In this document: positions 1 through 15,335 of the stretch, piece by piece | How the letters are laid out: the number at the start of each line of letters is the position of its first letter | How positions within the stretch are numbered: the first letter of the stretch is position 1 | Origin: Centroscyllium fabricii | Taxonomy: Eukaryota | DNA: 64,000 nt | NCBI GenBank assembly: GCA_051313645.2 | Contig: JBNRSN020000007.1 | Location: forward strand, 87,792,001-87,856,000 | Direction: 5' to 3' | Translations under genes and position numbers: made by a program | Notes under the pieces: generated by a model | Database searches by the model: none | Seen by the model: only the letters and a program-made list of their open reading frames with translations | Told to the model about the DNA's origin: nothing

Positions 1-140
1 TGCATCCCAGGGATTGACTGCATCAGGTGAGAGGTGGGGTGGTTCCCAAAATCTGAACTCACAAAACCAATTTTCAGACGTCCATTACTAGCTTTCAAGT
101 CTTTTGGATGTTCATATGGTGGCTTGTGAAGCACATTAAT
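1..140 (-). CDS. OGT: OGT exon 13, partial ([12 protein letters not shown]...[19 protein letters not shown])
   Basis: ttgcag| acceptor at 140. Translation by hand gives the catalytic-domain [12 protein letters not shown] motif. Cut by the window edge. Confidence 0.96.
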   Translation of the reverse strand, partial: MNVLHKPPYEHPKDLKASNGRLKIGFVSSDFGNHPTSHLMQSIPGM

Positions 141-1020
141 CTGCAAAGAAAAACCGTGGCTGTTATAAACACATTCACCTGCTATACATACAGTGGGTGG
201 GGGGGCTAGAAGCAATCAGCGACTCATAAGCAACGTCACTTGAGGCCTAAATGCAGCTCCTTGGAAGCTATGTTTCGTGACTACCAATGAACCTAAGAGA
301 TGTAGAATATAATGGATGCCATCAGATCCAATAGGCAGCCTTTCTTTCATTATGATCCAAATAACCAATACATTTAAAACGGGTCATGTGAAATAATTAA
401 CAATAGCATGAATATGCCACTAACTCTTCTTGGGGGGCAGGGAGGAGAGAGAGAAAAGAAAGTTCCTAAAACAATAAACCAACCCAGTTTGAAAAGCACT
501 ACCATTGGTACTTTAGTGTGCAGGTTTTAACTGAACATTTTGAAACTGTAAGGTAGCAATTAAAACAAATTCCTGCTTTTGTGTTCTCTTCACACACCAG
601 TTCTCAAAACTACAACCTTCTGCACAATTCTAAGAACTGGCTTCTCACTCTTGCAAAGCTTCCTCCAAAAAAGGTAAATGCAATTTATTGCAATCATAGA
701 TCGGAGCGAATTTAGCACAGCAAGAAATGATAGACGGAAAGCTCAAATTTGAACTATCAATTTTAGCATTTTGTGTCAAATACTTTAGTCCTTTAGGTGA
801 GTTTTTGAAAAGGAAATATTGCCCTTACAAAGACTGAAACTGAATGAAATCGGTACCTGGTTCAGTAAAAGGGAATGCTTTAAGTAAACAAAATTGCTTA
901 TTTACAAAGGACAATAAAATTATACAGTATAACGCACAAACACACACAAATGACAGAAACTGAGACAAAAGGGCCAAACACCAGAGAGACACTAGGTGTG
1001 GTGAAACCATACCCTCACTA

Positions 1021-1353
<333 letters not shown>

Positions 1354-1434
1354 CTAGAGGGCAAAAGAATGTTGAAGTTAACTGTAATTAGTTGATATAC
1401 AAGTGTATTTTTAAAATTTTAATAAAATATTTTT

Positions 1435-3489
1435 TTTGTTTGTTCCTGGGATGTGGGCATCTCTAGCAAGGTCAGCATTTATTCCCCATCCCCAATTCCC
1501 CTCAAGAAGGTGGTGATGAGCTGCCTTCTTGAACCACTGCAGTCCTTGTGGTGAACATAATCCCACAGTGCTGTTAGGATGGGAGCTCCAGGATTTTGAC
1601 TCAGCGACAATAAAGGAACAGCGATATATTTCCAAGGCAGGATGGTGTGCAACTTGGAGGGGAACATGCAGGTGATGGTGTTTCCATGCGCCTGCTGCCC
1701 TTGTCCTTCTAGGTGGTAAAGGTAACAGGTTTGAGAGGTGCTGCCGAAGAAGCCTTGGCGAGTTGCTACAGTGCATCTTGTCGATGGTACACACTGCAGC
1801 CACGGTATGCCGGTGGTGGAGGGAGTGAATGTTTAAGGTGGTGGATGGGGTGTCAATCAAGCGGGCTGCTTTGTCCTGGATGGAGTCGAGCTTGAGTGTT
1901 GTTGGAGCTGCACTCAACCAGACAAGCGAGTATTCCATCACACTCCTGACTTGTAGATGGTGGAAAGGCTTTGGGTTGTCAGGATGCCAATGGTGACCCC
2001 CAGGATGTTGATGGTGGGGGATTAGACAATGGTAATGCTGTAGAATATCATAGGGCAGTGGTTAGACTCTCTCTTGTTGTAGATAGTCATTGCCTGGCAC
2101 TTGTGTGGCATGAATGTTTCTTGCTACTTATCAGCCCAAGCCTGAATGTCATTCAGGTCTCGTTGTATGCGGGCATGGACGGCTTCATTATCTGGGGAGT
2201 TGCGAATGGAACTGAACACTGCAATCATCAGCGAACATCCCCACTTCTGACCTTATGATGAAGGGAAGATCATTGATGAAGCAGCTGAAGATAGTTGGGC
2301 CTAGGACACTGCCCTGAGGTGGAGATGATTGACCTCCAACAACCACTTTCCTGCATATAAGTGCAGTATTGGAACAGTTAGGCTAGCGGCTCGGCTAGTT
2401 TTGGAGCGCAAGTCTTCAGCACGACAGCCGGGATGTTGTTGGGGCCCATAGCCTTTGTTCTATTCAGTGTGCTGAGCTACCAGGACTGTGCAGTGGTCAC
2501 TGCTACCAATGCGGTCATGGACATATGCACCTGCTACAGGTAGATTGAGGAGGATGAGGTCAACTAGGTTTTTCTCATGTTGGTTCTTTCAGAACTTGCC
2601 ACAGGCCCTGTCTGGCAGCTGTGTGTTTCAGGACTTGGCCAGCTCGGTCAGTAGCGGTGCTACCGAACCACTCTTGGTGATGGACATTGATGTCCCCCAC
2701 CCAGAGTACATTCTGTGCCCTTGCTACCTTCAGTGCTTCTTCCAAGTGGTGTTCAACATAGAGGAGTACTAATTCATCAGCTGAGGGAGGGTGGTAGGAG
2801 GTAATCAGCAAGAGGTTTCCTTGGCCATGCTTGATCTAAAGCCATGAGACTTCCTGTTGAGGACTCCCAGGGCCACTCCCACATGACTGTGTACCACTGT
2901 ACCACCACCTCTCGTGGGTCTGTCCTGCCAGTGGGACAGGACATACCCAGGGATGGTGATGGGAGTATGGGGCACTGGTTGAAAGGTATGATTATGACTA
3001 GGTCAGGCTGTTGCTCGACTAGTCTGTGACAGCTCTCCCAATTTTGACACAAGTCCCAGATGTTGGTGAGAAGGGCTTTGCAGGGTCAACTACTACTGGG
3101 TGTGCCATTGTCGGGTCCGAAGTTGATGCCGGATGATCCGTCCAGTTTTATGCTCATTATTGTTTTCTGAGTGGTTTGTTACAACTGAGTGGCCTATTAG
3201 GCCATTTCAGAGGGCAGTTAAGAGTCTGGAGTCACATATAGGCCAGACCAAGAAAGGACAGCAGATTTCCTTCCCTAAAGGATATTAGCGAACCAAATGG
3301 GTTTTTACGACAATCTGGTAGTTTCATGGTCACCATTACTGATACTAGCTTTTCATTCCAGATTTATTTAATTAACTGAATTTAAATTTCCCAGCTGCTA
3401 TGGTGGGATTTGAACTTGCGTCTCTGGATCATTAACCCAGGCCTCTGGATTACTAGTCCAGTAACATAGCCACTATGCCACCATTCCCC
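1435..3489 (-). mobile_element. Decayed, internally deleted non-LTR retrotransposon with a tRNA-like 5' segment
   Basis: APE endonuclease-like text (YHPPS...WVGDINVHH, 2575-2811) and ORF2 C-terminal text (1411-1941). A/B-box-like head at ~3400-3485. Clade uncertain. Confidence 0.75.
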
Positions 3490-3988
3490 AACATATCCGA
3501 CACATGATTTGAAATGAATGCAGATGAGGAAGCCCACGTTGATCATCTTAGCTCATCTGTCCACAAAGGTCTCCCCAATAAAGCCATCTAATAGGCAATT
3601 TACCCATCGCCAATTTTAACATTGCCCTCCTTCGTTCTGTCTGTTTACCTTTGAGCAATGCTTCTGCTGCTGGACCATTTTATACAAGGTGCCTAGTTAA
3701 TCACATACTTTACTATTTTGGCATTCAGTTTGCTTTAATTGCTGCTCCCAAATTCTTGAATATATTCAGTTTAAACAATAAAGGATAAGGTGTCTTCAAC
3801 TCTGCATCAAAGCCAGCCCAGATTGATGCAATAAAAATCTTACAGCCAGCAGCAAGTATTGAATCTGCCATTTTGATCTGATGTGGGCAGGCTAACACCT
3901 CAGCTTGCCCAGTAATGCCCTTTCCACATCACTAGTCCTTCCCTCAGCGTCACAAAAGATCTGAACTGTATTGACAAGTTTATTAGTA

Positions 3989-4372
3989 CAGGTTGTGCAC
4001 CGTTAATCCATTACCCGATAAGCCGGCAACTTCAGTCTTCCGGAAAAAAATTGCCCCGACTGCCCTGCGCATGCGCAAAATGCAGCCGCGATTGATGCTT
4101 CAGTGAATGATCTGAAGCGGGCGCATGCACAGATCATTTACAATGGCCGAAGTTTTTAATCATCTACGCATGCGCTGCTGAACCATCCCGGGCCGGAGCT
4201 TCCCGAGTCAGGCCGCGCCTTCCCGAACAATAAGTGCATGCGCAGACCACTCAAAATGGCCGCCGGCCTTCCGCGGCAGCCATTTTGAATGGTCTGCGCA
4301 TGCGCTCTGGGATTTTCACTTTCCCGGCACGGGCCTGGTCCCGCCCGTGCCAGATTAACGGTGCTCAACCTG
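3989..4372. mobile_element. Tc1/pogo (Tigger)-like MITE, family A
   Basis: TA-flanked TIRs CAGGTTG(T/A)GCACCGTTAATC. Internal GCGCATGCGC repeats. Confidence 0.88.
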
Positions 4373-4479
4373 TACAACCTTTTGTGAGCAAAAATAGGGA
4401 TTTTAATGGACTCCATATTTGGGGTAAAATTTTTCAGTCTCACTGAGAAAGTCATAAAATACCTAGTGTGTGAAATAGA

Positions 4480-4850
4480 AAAGTATCATATGCATAAACA
4501 GACACTGTTCTGAGGGAATTTGTTGAGCCAGAGTGAACACTGATCACACCCTAAAAGCATGTGGTTAGTGTGAGACAGTTAACAAAAAGGCAAATTGGGT
4601 ACTGGTTTGCGTCTGAAGGATACTGGAGTGTAGGAAAAGTGATCTAAAATGTGACGTTTTCAACTATATTGAATCCTGATAGGAGATAAGCTACACAGGC
4701 ACTGAACTAGACAATGGTAAGGCCAATTGTGGAGGACAGCATATGGTTTTGGTCAACCTACTTCAAGAGAATGAATGATGCATTAGAAAAAAAATCAGAG
4801 TAGGAGGATTCCAAGCTGTCGGGGACTAAGTTATGAAAAAAGGCAAAAGT
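4480..4850 (+). mobile_element. Old degraded CR1 fragment
   Basis: Degenerate VRP.LE...FWS.Y-type CR1 ORF2 C-terminal sequence. Confidence 0.55.
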
Positions 4851-6405
4851 GACGACCCTTGGAATTGGCAGCAGTAAATAAGGCATTTCACTTGGACAGT
4901 GCAAGACTATGGAGAAATTCAAAACTCTCCATTAAGCTGAGAAATTCAATAGGTTACCTAACCTAAGGATGCTCGATGTTGACATTAGTGCCTATAATAG
5001 AAACTATTCCATTTCTCTGCACCATCATCCCTCAGCTTAATGGGCATAAATTCAGAAGTTTAAAAAAAAGATTACTTAGCTTTTTATAGCCAATTTTCCA
5101 AAAGTAATTACACATACCAGAAGTAATATCACTAGGAATATCAGGATAGATGAATTGAAGTGACACCCATGTGACCATCACAAACTGCATCCAAGGCCCT
5201 ATGCTGTGAATTATGTTAGTTTGTGAATAGTATCGAGGCTTACATTGCCATCAGCTTTGGATTCAGACAAGGAACTACCTCCACATCTCATTCTTCATCG
5301 CTCCCACCTTTGCCCCAAATCTAAGTTTTGGACAGTAGCCATTATCCAAGGGAAGTGTATTGCACTGGATGATTCCAAATAAACTGTAGGACATTATGGT
5401 GGATAAACCTGTTGGACATGTCATTGCACTGCCTGACATTCAACAATATGGCTTTGTGACACATTCTTTACATATTTTGCACTCTAAATTATAGAGCTTG
5501 TGAATTGTGCATCTGTGAATATTTGAAAATCTGTGTTCGGATGCATTAGAAAATCTGTGTAAGGATGCATTATCAAAAGTGAATCATGCCTACACATTAT
5601 CTAACACTTCTTAGCAGATGATTATAGGAGCACTGCATGAGAGTGGGTGCAGGCCATATGTCCACTTTCTCAGCAGCACATGCAAAGATGAGGCCAATCC
5701 TAAATCAGGCAATAATCAGATACTTCACTGGCGGGGAAGGCGACAAGCTAACAAACATATATTCTGTCCTACAGTCCCACAGATTTTCACTTATTTAATC
5801 AAATATTTGTATTTTCCTACCCCTGGTCAGAACTGGACCACACTTCAAGTGTTAGTAACTCATGAGTGTGGAGTCTGAATCCTACAGCACAACTTATGTG
5901 CTTTTCTCTTAATTACTGTTTCCAGCTGCTTAATGGTGGTTATGATGCAGTTTAACCTGATCCCATTGTACCTACGAGAATGAGTGGTTAGAATGTGAAA
6001 CTCGGTACCATAAGAAGTAGTTGAGGCAACTAGCATAGATCTATTTAAAGGGAAGTTCGATAAACACGAGGGAGAAAGGAATAGAAAGGATATAAAGAAG
6101 GGCGAGAGGAGGTCTGTATGGAGTATAGGCTTCAGCATGAACCCGTTAGTAGTTACAACACAGAAACAGGCCTATGTATCTTTTGCACAACTAAACACAG
6201 AATGAAACAGCTTCACGAGATACTCTGAAGTTTTAGGGCACAATCATATCAGAAAAAAAGATAACTCCAGGGGCTAATGCAACCCCAGAGGGATTCTCTT
6301 CAGTGTAAAATACACTTATAGTTTGACCTGTAGGAAACTCCAAGCACCCAAAGTTACTGCTAGTGTAAAAGACCAAGTACTGTTCCACTGGACTCAGTGT
6401 ACCTA

Positions 6406-6582
<177 letters not shown>

Positions 6583-6679
6583 TCAACTCATTAATAATCA
6601 ATAACCCTTTTGCAACTATACCTACTCTCAGAATTTTGTGACGAATCGCATACTTAAAGCCACCTGACTTGCTAGTAAT

Positions 6680-7570
6680 TAGAGCAGGAATAGGCCATAT
6701 GGCCCATCGAGCCTGCTCCGCCATTCATGGCTGATCCTCAATCTCATGTCCACTTTCCCGTCTGATCCCCATATCCCTTGATTCTCCAAGTCCAAAAATC
6801 TACGATCTCAGCCTTGAATATACTCAACGAGTGAGCCTCCACAGCCCTCTCGGGTAGAGAATTCCAAAGATGCATAACCCTCAGTGAAGAAATTTCACCC
6901 CAGCTCAGTCCTAAATGGCCTACCCCTGATCCTGAGACTATGCCCCCTAGTTCTAGACAAACCAGTCGGGGGAAACAACCTCTCAGCAACTACCCTGTCA
7001 ACCCCCTTCAGAATCTTGTATGTTTCAATGAGATCGCCTCTCATTCTTCTGAACTCCAGGGTATAGGCCCATTCTACTTAATCTCTCCTCATAGGACAAC
7101 CCCCTCATCCCAGGAATCAATCTAGTGAACCCCCTCCAAGGTAAGTATATCGCTCCTTAGGTAGAAGCCAAAACTGTACTCAGTACTCCAGGTGTGGTCT
7201 CACCAAAACCCTGTATCATTGCAGCAAAACATTTTTACTCTTGTACTCCAACCCCCTTGCATCAAGGCCAACATACCATTTGTCTACCTACCTGCTTGCT
7301 GTACCTGCATGTTAACTTTCTGTGTTGTGTGTACAAAGACACCCAAATCCTTCTGAACACCAACAGTTAATAGTGTCTCACCATTTAAAAAAAATATTTT
7401 ACTATTCTCCCTACCAAAGTAAATAACCTCACATTTCCCCCATTACACTCCACCTGCCACCTTCTTGCCCACTCACTTAACCTGTCTTTATCCCTTTGCA
7501 GACTCTGTGTCCTCCTCACAGCTTACTTTCCCACCTAGCTTTGTATCGTCAGCAAACTTGGAGACATTAC
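6680..7570 (-). mobile_element. CR1 LINE 3' fragment
   Basis: KFADDT and LWNSLP motifs plus the CR1 3' hairpin tail. Confidence 0.88.
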
Positions 7571-7744
7571 AATGATGATAAAAGGAATCATTTTCCCAAT
7601 GTGCAAATTAGGACAGAATGCTGCAAATTCATTTTTCATCAACTACTAAGTCATAAGAACATTAAGAAATAGAAGCAGGAGTAGGCCCATACGGCCCTTC
7701 GAGCCTGCTCTACCATTCAACATGATCATGGCTAATTTTCATTA

Positions 7745-7930
<186 letters not shown>

Positions 7931-8904
7931 TCATACATCAGTCAGGATATCAACAGCAGCCGCCCTACAAATCAGCCCAAAGCAGGCTTCCAACTACGGA
8001 AAAGGCTGCTGGAAAATTTGAAATAAGACAGGTGATCAAAAAAAAAAATCAGAAGAATATATCAGTACCAGAAAACATCGGTGCTTTAGAAAAAGGAATA
8101 AAATATCAGGTTTCTGTCAAATACACTGTGCGCGTTTACAAGCTGCCTAATATCCAACTTTCTGACAGTACCCAGTTTCTGATATTCCAACAAAGCGCAG
8201 CAGGTATCTCGGTCATATTGTCAAATACCTCATCACATCAGCCATGCATGCATTTACCCTGCCAAAAGATGGCGATAAAGCGGATTAAGTTTTCCTTTAT
8301 ACAGGTACTGTATTCCTTCCATACCCAATTTCCCTTTCATAGTTTTTATCCAAGATGCTATTTGGCTGATGATATTCCACATTAACTGAACCAAAATTCC
8401 CAGATGAAATATTCTTTACTGAAGAAATATTCTTCACTGATGAATCACATTCTTTAGTCACATGTTTACATTACTGGCATCGACCGTAGCACGATTTAAT
8501 ACTTCTGTATATTTTGTTCTAGTGGTTTGCACACTCAAGCACTCATGCCAACTCTCCTACTGAACTACACTACTTTTACTGCAGCTACATAATACTTCAA
8601 ATAACTCCAAATGAGTCATCACAGTTCTCTACACCTCTATCCCTTTATTGAAAAAAAGTGCACATTACATCTTTGCCATTGTTTCTTACATTACCAAATG
8701 ATACATATGTTGGCTAAATGTTCACCAATGAATTGCAATTGGTCCAACACAATGTCGTGACTCCTGTTAAAATTCTGAATCCATAATGAACCACAAAGTC
8801 ACAGCCTCATGTAAATTTCTATTAAGTCAGCTAACTACCTGTTGGAATAGGACAAATATTTGATGCATCATGCAGGACACCTCATGCAAATAAGTGGGCA
8901 GTTA

Positions 8905-9006
<102 letters not shown>

Positions 9007-9257
9007 CTAGAATATCCAAAATAGCCTTATAACTCAGTTTTCATTTAAATATTTTGCAACATTTTATGAATTATAAACAGATGCATTTCAGCAAAAATTA
9101 CAAATTTTAAAAATCCAAGACCGAAACATTGACTGTTGAAATAATTGAGGTGAAGTGATTGTGACACACCTTCAGTCAATCAAACTCCCCAGAGAAATAG
9201 TAGAGGAATGTGAAACAGAATTTTATAAAATAATAAATCGCACCCACTTTTCATGTA

Positions 9258-9516
9258 CAGGGAACTCTTTTTTTTATCCGGCACCGATGGGGTGCCGGTT
9301 TATCAAAAAGCCCGGATTACAGAGAGGTATAGTAAAAGGTACGAGAGCCCCGTACAGGGCCACAGTTCCAGGCGTCCCTGTTGCATAGCTACAGGTGCAG
9401 GAACCACGGTTACACGGCCACTAATATGAAGTAAAACTTATCTGAACCTGCTCCTGAATTTTGCTGGTTAACAGAGATTTCCGGTTATTTAGTGCCGGTA
9501 AATCAAGAGTTTCCTG
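9258..9516. mobile_element. Tigger-like MITE, family B
   Basis: TA|CAGGGAACTCT...AGAGTTTCCTG|TA termini with sub-terminal CCGG motifs. Confidence 0.75.
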
Positions 9517-10021
9517 TAATATAATACTGCTATATTTTGAAGGGATGGGGGTTTCACGGAGAAAAAAAGTCAGCACCGCCCCCCCCGCTTGGGTTAATTG
9601 GTAAAGATGGCATGTAGTCGAGTCAGACAAGGAAAGTTCCAGCGTTGATAGCCAGTTTCGGTGGATTTTACTGATCTGTCAGGATGACACAAGGGTAACT
9701 ATAATTGCCCCATGAGCTCCAAACTAGAGTAGGTTTGAATCCCTAGTCAGTCCTGCTGAAAAGGGTTCGTGTGTGGATATCAAATGAGGAAAAGGGCAGG
9801 CTCAGTTGTGGTGCCACTCAAGTGTTAAACCGGCTGACACTCATTGCCTGACCTCACATGTAAACAATACCCACATGGGTGATGTAAGGGAAAAGTGCCT
9901 GGTGCCCATAGAAAGGTACCCAAGTACAAGTCACAGGAGGGGAGAAAAATCACAAGTCAGTGCATAAATCCTTAAATTATCTAAATGCAGAACCATTTAT
10001 TAAATTTCTAAGTCAGCATCA

Positions 10022-10240
<219 letters not shown>

Positions 10241-10592
10241 TCAGTAAATAACTACCTTTTAATTACACAAGCAGCTCCTTTTCACCACACAAAAAGCAGG
10301 AGCAACGGTCCGTGTGGATCAAAAGGGCTGTTTACCTATCCATATGCTTCCTTGCCTCCACCCATCTACCTTCATCATTTACCTTTCCAAATACATATCA
10401 CGTGCTTCTTTTCTCTACATTCAATCACAACTATTTCTGCTCACGGACACCAGGGTATCTCCCCACCCCCACTCATTTCATTCTTTACACAAGTGACTCA
10501 ATAAGGACACTGTACGCCGCTCAAATTATGAATTCAGAATTGTTAAATTGTTTACATACAATGTACACCCTGCAACACAGCCAATTCCCTCA

Positions 10593-10850
<258 letters not shown>

Positions 10851-11084
10851 TTAAAGCGTCAAGTAGATTGGCTAAGTGTTGTTTCAGTGTTGCTCACAGT
10901 GAGTGGGGCATACGCCATTTTTTGGATGACAAGAGCATTGTACCAAGTCGTGTATAAAGGTATTACATATAATACAGCTACAAGAAGTTAAATTTGATAT
11001 ATGTTGCTCATTTTCCCAATATTTCTGATCCATTCAATACCTGTTTTTTTGTCGATCCTGCTGTTTCACTACAAGATTAAAGCC

Positions 11085-12480
11085 TCTGGCATTAGTGGTA
11101 AAACACAGAGCTAGATTGAGAACTGGCTGTCAGGACGTAAGCAAAAAAGTAGTTATAGATGGATTTGGATCCGTTTGGAGACCAGTCACCAGTGGTATCT
11201 CGCAGGAATCAGTGTTGGGACCGTTGCTCTTTACTATTTTTATTAATGATCTGGTTGTAGGTGTTGGGGCACTATCTGCAAATTTGCAGATGATACCAAG
11301 ATCTCTGCACGTGTTAGGACTGCAGACAGTGCTCGACTGCTTTGGGTGGATCTTAAATGTGTTGGGAGGCTGGGCTCATGACTAGCAAATAATGTTTAAT
11401 TTGGGTAAGTGCAGTGTTATGCATGTGGGCAGGGCGAATGCTCAACATTCATACACCTTTCAGGGAATAGCATTAAAGGTAGAGAAAAAAAGGTACATGA
11501 GCAATGCGGTAATGCAATGGCTACAGCAAATGTGTTCGGGTGCATTCATAGGACAATTGACAACAAGTCGAGGCATTCTATTTTCTCCATGTGCAAGACC
11601 GTGGTCAGGCCTCACTAGGAATACTGTGTCCAGCTTTGGTCTCCTCACATGATGGGCGATATGGAGGCTTTGGAAAGGGTGCAGAGGGCCAGTGGACCAA
11701 TTCCCAGTATAAAGCATCTTGGTCATCAAGATAGGCTGAAAGAGTTGGGACTCTACACTTTAGAGAAGCATAGACTTCGGGGTGATCCGATTTGAGGCTT
11801 ATAAAGCGATGAAGGAATTTGAGGCTTATAAAGCGATGAAGGAAATAGATTGTGTTCCTGATGACAGTTTGCTCCATTGAAATGGGTTAGAGAGGATCAG
11901 GGGTCACTAAAGTCATGTAAGGCCAGATCTAGGTTAGATGTCAGGACGTGGTTCTTTCCCCAGAGAATAGTGGACCTCTGGAACAGGTTGCCGTCCCCTG
12001 TGGTGGACGCCGATTCTTTGAATTCACTCAAGCGAGAGCTGGACCCGTTTCTGGTTTGGGCAGACATCAACTCTTACAAAATGTAGGTATGTCAGGGAAT
12101 TCAGGGACAGAGTGATCTCCTGGACTAGTTTTGATCGCCTAGATGGGTCGGAGAGGAATTTCCCAGATTTTCCCCTCCAAATTGGCCTGGGTTTTTAATC
12201 TCCCACCCCACCGGTCTCGGTTTTGGGTAGGGTGGAGAGCAATGGTCCCTCCAACGTTTTTTTGGGTGCGTGCAGCCCATTCAGTTTCGCACATGCGCAA
12301 AATTTAACATTGGAAAAGTCTGCCCTGGACTGCATGGGACTGGCAGAACGCAGGTTAGAGGTTTGGAACATTGGTGGAGAGTGCATATATTGTGTGATAT
12401 ACAAGGTATCACATTTGTGTGGGACAGACTGGATGCACCAGAGGGTCTTTACCTATCCGTCATTGTTCATACATTCGTAG
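11085..12480 (+). mobile_element. CR1 LINE fragment (RT to 3' UTR), interrupted by a MITE
   Basis: [14 protein letters not shown] and FFPQRIVDLWNRLP. A 27-bp tandem duplication at ~11790-11843. Confidence 0.85.
12240..12373. mobile_element. hAT-type MITE
   Basis: TIRs CAATGGTCC/GGAACATTG. Perfect 8-bp TSD GTGGAGAG at 12232-12239 and 12374-12381. Confidence 0.8.
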
Positions 12481-13749
12481 ACCAGTCATTCCTTCAAATG
12501 TTGCAGTCCATTTTGCTTACATTGTTGCAAATCATAACCTATGATTAAGCCACCAAATTATGGAAAGTAACCATGCTTTTTACTTCCCTCTGCAAAAATT
12601 GTTGCTTTTTTCAAATTGCCATAAATTCATAGTCTACTATTTACAACAAACTTAAATAAAACCTATGAATAACAGAATCCAATTATTTTCCCTACGTTCC
12701 AGCAGGTCTCCCAAGTTGTTGCTCACCACTGGTCAGAGCATATGGTGTATCACATGGAGTATTTTATTCCATGTCATGCTTAATGTATTATTAGGCTACT
12801 GTTGTGAGTAACTTTATGACCCTACAAGGCCACACAATGTAATGGAACAATTGGAGCGTAATAGATCATAGGCTGGATCAGATCAGACTAACTTTTTTTG
12901 ATCCTGAAGTCAATCAAAAGATATTTTCTATTGGTGGAGCAGTTTCTCTGAATTCTGCAAAATAATGTTTTACATACGCTTTTGTTTAAAAAAGTGACAA
13001 ATTTTCTAATATTTCCTGCAGTCCTGCTGCAGCCTAAAGATAATGATTTGCCTGGTCCTGTAATACAGCAAATTTACAATTGATGTAATTGATACTAAAA
13101 AGATACAGGCCTCACAGATACAATATTTTTAACATTATTCACCTACCGTTTGCTGATGAGAATAACTGTTTCCCCCCAAATCTTATTTCCAGTCATTCCC
13201 GATAGTGGTGAATTTACAGTATTTACTTAAGGAGTGAGCCTTGGCTCAGTAGTAGCAATCTCACCGTGGAGTCAAAAGATTGAGAGTTAAAGCTCTACTC
13301 CAGAGACTTGAGCACATAATCCAGTCTGACATGCCAGTGCAGTACTGAGTGCTACACTTTTGTCATATTCCAGGCTTGACTGGCTGACCAAAGATGACAA
13401 CAAATGGCTCATGTCAGAAGCAAATCATCTCAAACTTCCTTCTTTGGCCCCAGTGCAAACATCACTCCTACTGAGCAACTCACACAAACAAAAAAAGCAT
13501 TACCCGAAACAACACTCTGTTTCTATGCAATTTAAACTGTGACAAAGTAAAATCTTCATGTCCCGTCTCCCCCCCGACACCCGACCAGCACTATCTGCTC
13601 CTCAGTGTGTGGTTTGTCATAGTATAATCTCAGAATTATAGTTATACAGGAGCAAAGGTGAAAACTACAACTCCCATTAATACCCTTCTTGTCAATTTAT
13701 CAACATAAGCTGGAAATTTCTAGCACCCAGGTAAAATTTCCAACTGAAG

Positions 13750-14624
13750 TATGGTTGATAGTGAGGAAGATAGCTGTAGACTGCAGGAAGATATCAATGG
13801 ACTGGTCAGGTGGGCAGAAAAGTGGCAAATGGATTTCAATCCAGGTAAGTGTGAGGTAATGCATTTGGGAAGGGCTAACAAGGCAAGGGAATACAGAATA
13901 AATGGTAAGATATGGAGAAATGTAGAGGAACAGAGGGACCTTGGAGTGCATGTGCGCAGATCCCTGAAGGTAGCAGGACAGGTAGATAAGGTGGTTAAGG
14001 CGGCATACTTCTGTTTATTAGCCGAGGTATAGAATACAAGAGCAGGAAGATTATGCTTGAACTGCATAAAACACAAGTTAGGCCACAGCTAGAGTACAGC
14101 GTACAGTTCTGGTCACCACATTACAGGAAAGATGTGATTGCACGAGAGAAGTTACAGGGGAGATTTACTAGGATCTTGCCAGAACTGGAAAACTTTAGCT
14201 ATGAGGAAAGATTTGATAGGCTGGGTTTTTTCTTTGGAACAGAGAATGCTGAGGGGAGATTTAATTAAGGTGTATAAAATTATATAGGACCTAGATAGAG
14301 TGGATAGGAAGCACCTGTTTCCCTTAGCAGAGAGTTTTCAATAACCAGTGGGCATAGATTTGAAGTAATTGGTAGAAGGATTAGAGGGGAGTGGAGGATA
14401 ACTTTTTTCACCCAGTGGGTGGAGGAGATCTGGAACACTGCTTGAAAGGGTGGTAAAGGCAGAAACCCTCATCACATCCAAAAACTATTTGCATATGCAC
14501 TTGAAGTGCCGTAACCTGCAAGGCTCTGGTCCAAGAGCTGGAATGTAGGATTTGGCTGGATAGCTTTTTTTCGACCGGTGCAGACACGATGGGCCAAATG
14601 GCTTCCTTCTGTGCCATAAATTTC
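13750..14624 (+). mobile_element. CR1 LINE 3' fragment
   Basis: WAEKWQMDFNPGKC and VRPQLEYSVQFWSP. Confidence 0.9.
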
Positions 14625-15335
14625 ATAGTCATACGAGTTTTACAGCACAGAAAGAGGCCCTTCGGCCCATCGCGTCCGTGCCAGCCATCAAGCCCTGTCT
14701 ATTCTAATCCCATTTTCCTGCATTTGGTCCGTAGCCTTGTATGCTATGGCATTTCAAAATGCTCATCCAAGTGCCTCCACCACCCTTTCAGGCAGTGAGT
14801 TCCAGATTCCAACCATCCTCTGGGTGAAAAAGTTATTCCTCAAATTCCCTCTAAACCTCCTGCCCCTTACCTTGAAACCATGTCCCCTTGTTGTTGACCC
14901 CTCTACCAAGGGAAAAAGTTCCTTTCTATTTACCCTATCTATGCCCCTCATAATTTTGTACACCTCAATCAGGTCCCCCCTCAGCCTTCTCTGCTCCAAG
15001 GAAAACAACCCCAGCCTGTTCAGTCTCTCTTCATAGCTGAAGCGCTCCAGCCCAGGTAACATCCTGGTGAATCTCCTCTGCACTCTCTCCAAAGCTATTA
15101 CATCCTTCCTATAGTGTGGTGACCAGGACTGCACACAGTACTCCAGCTGTGGCCTTACCAGCATTTTGTACAGCTCCATCATAACCTCCCTGCTCTTATA
15201 TTCTATGCCTCGGCTAACGAAGGCAAGTATCCCATATGCCTTTTTAACCACCTTATCTACTTGTCCTGCTGCCTTCAGGGATCTAATTACATGCACACCA
15301 AGGTCCCTCTGATCCTCTGTCTTTCCTAGGGTCTT
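14625..15335 (-). mobile_element. CR1 LINE 3' fragment, tail-to-tail with the previous copy
   Basis: ORF 14763..15380 contains VRPQLEYCVQSWSP and FFTQRMVGIWNSLP. Confidence 0.92.

Noticed and set aside
8400-8460. Intronic snoRNA (TGATGA/CTGA-like words)
   Set aside because: A short tandem duplication (GAAATATTCTT.ACTGA x2) on the strand antisense to OGT, with no proper C/D box geometry or terminal stem.
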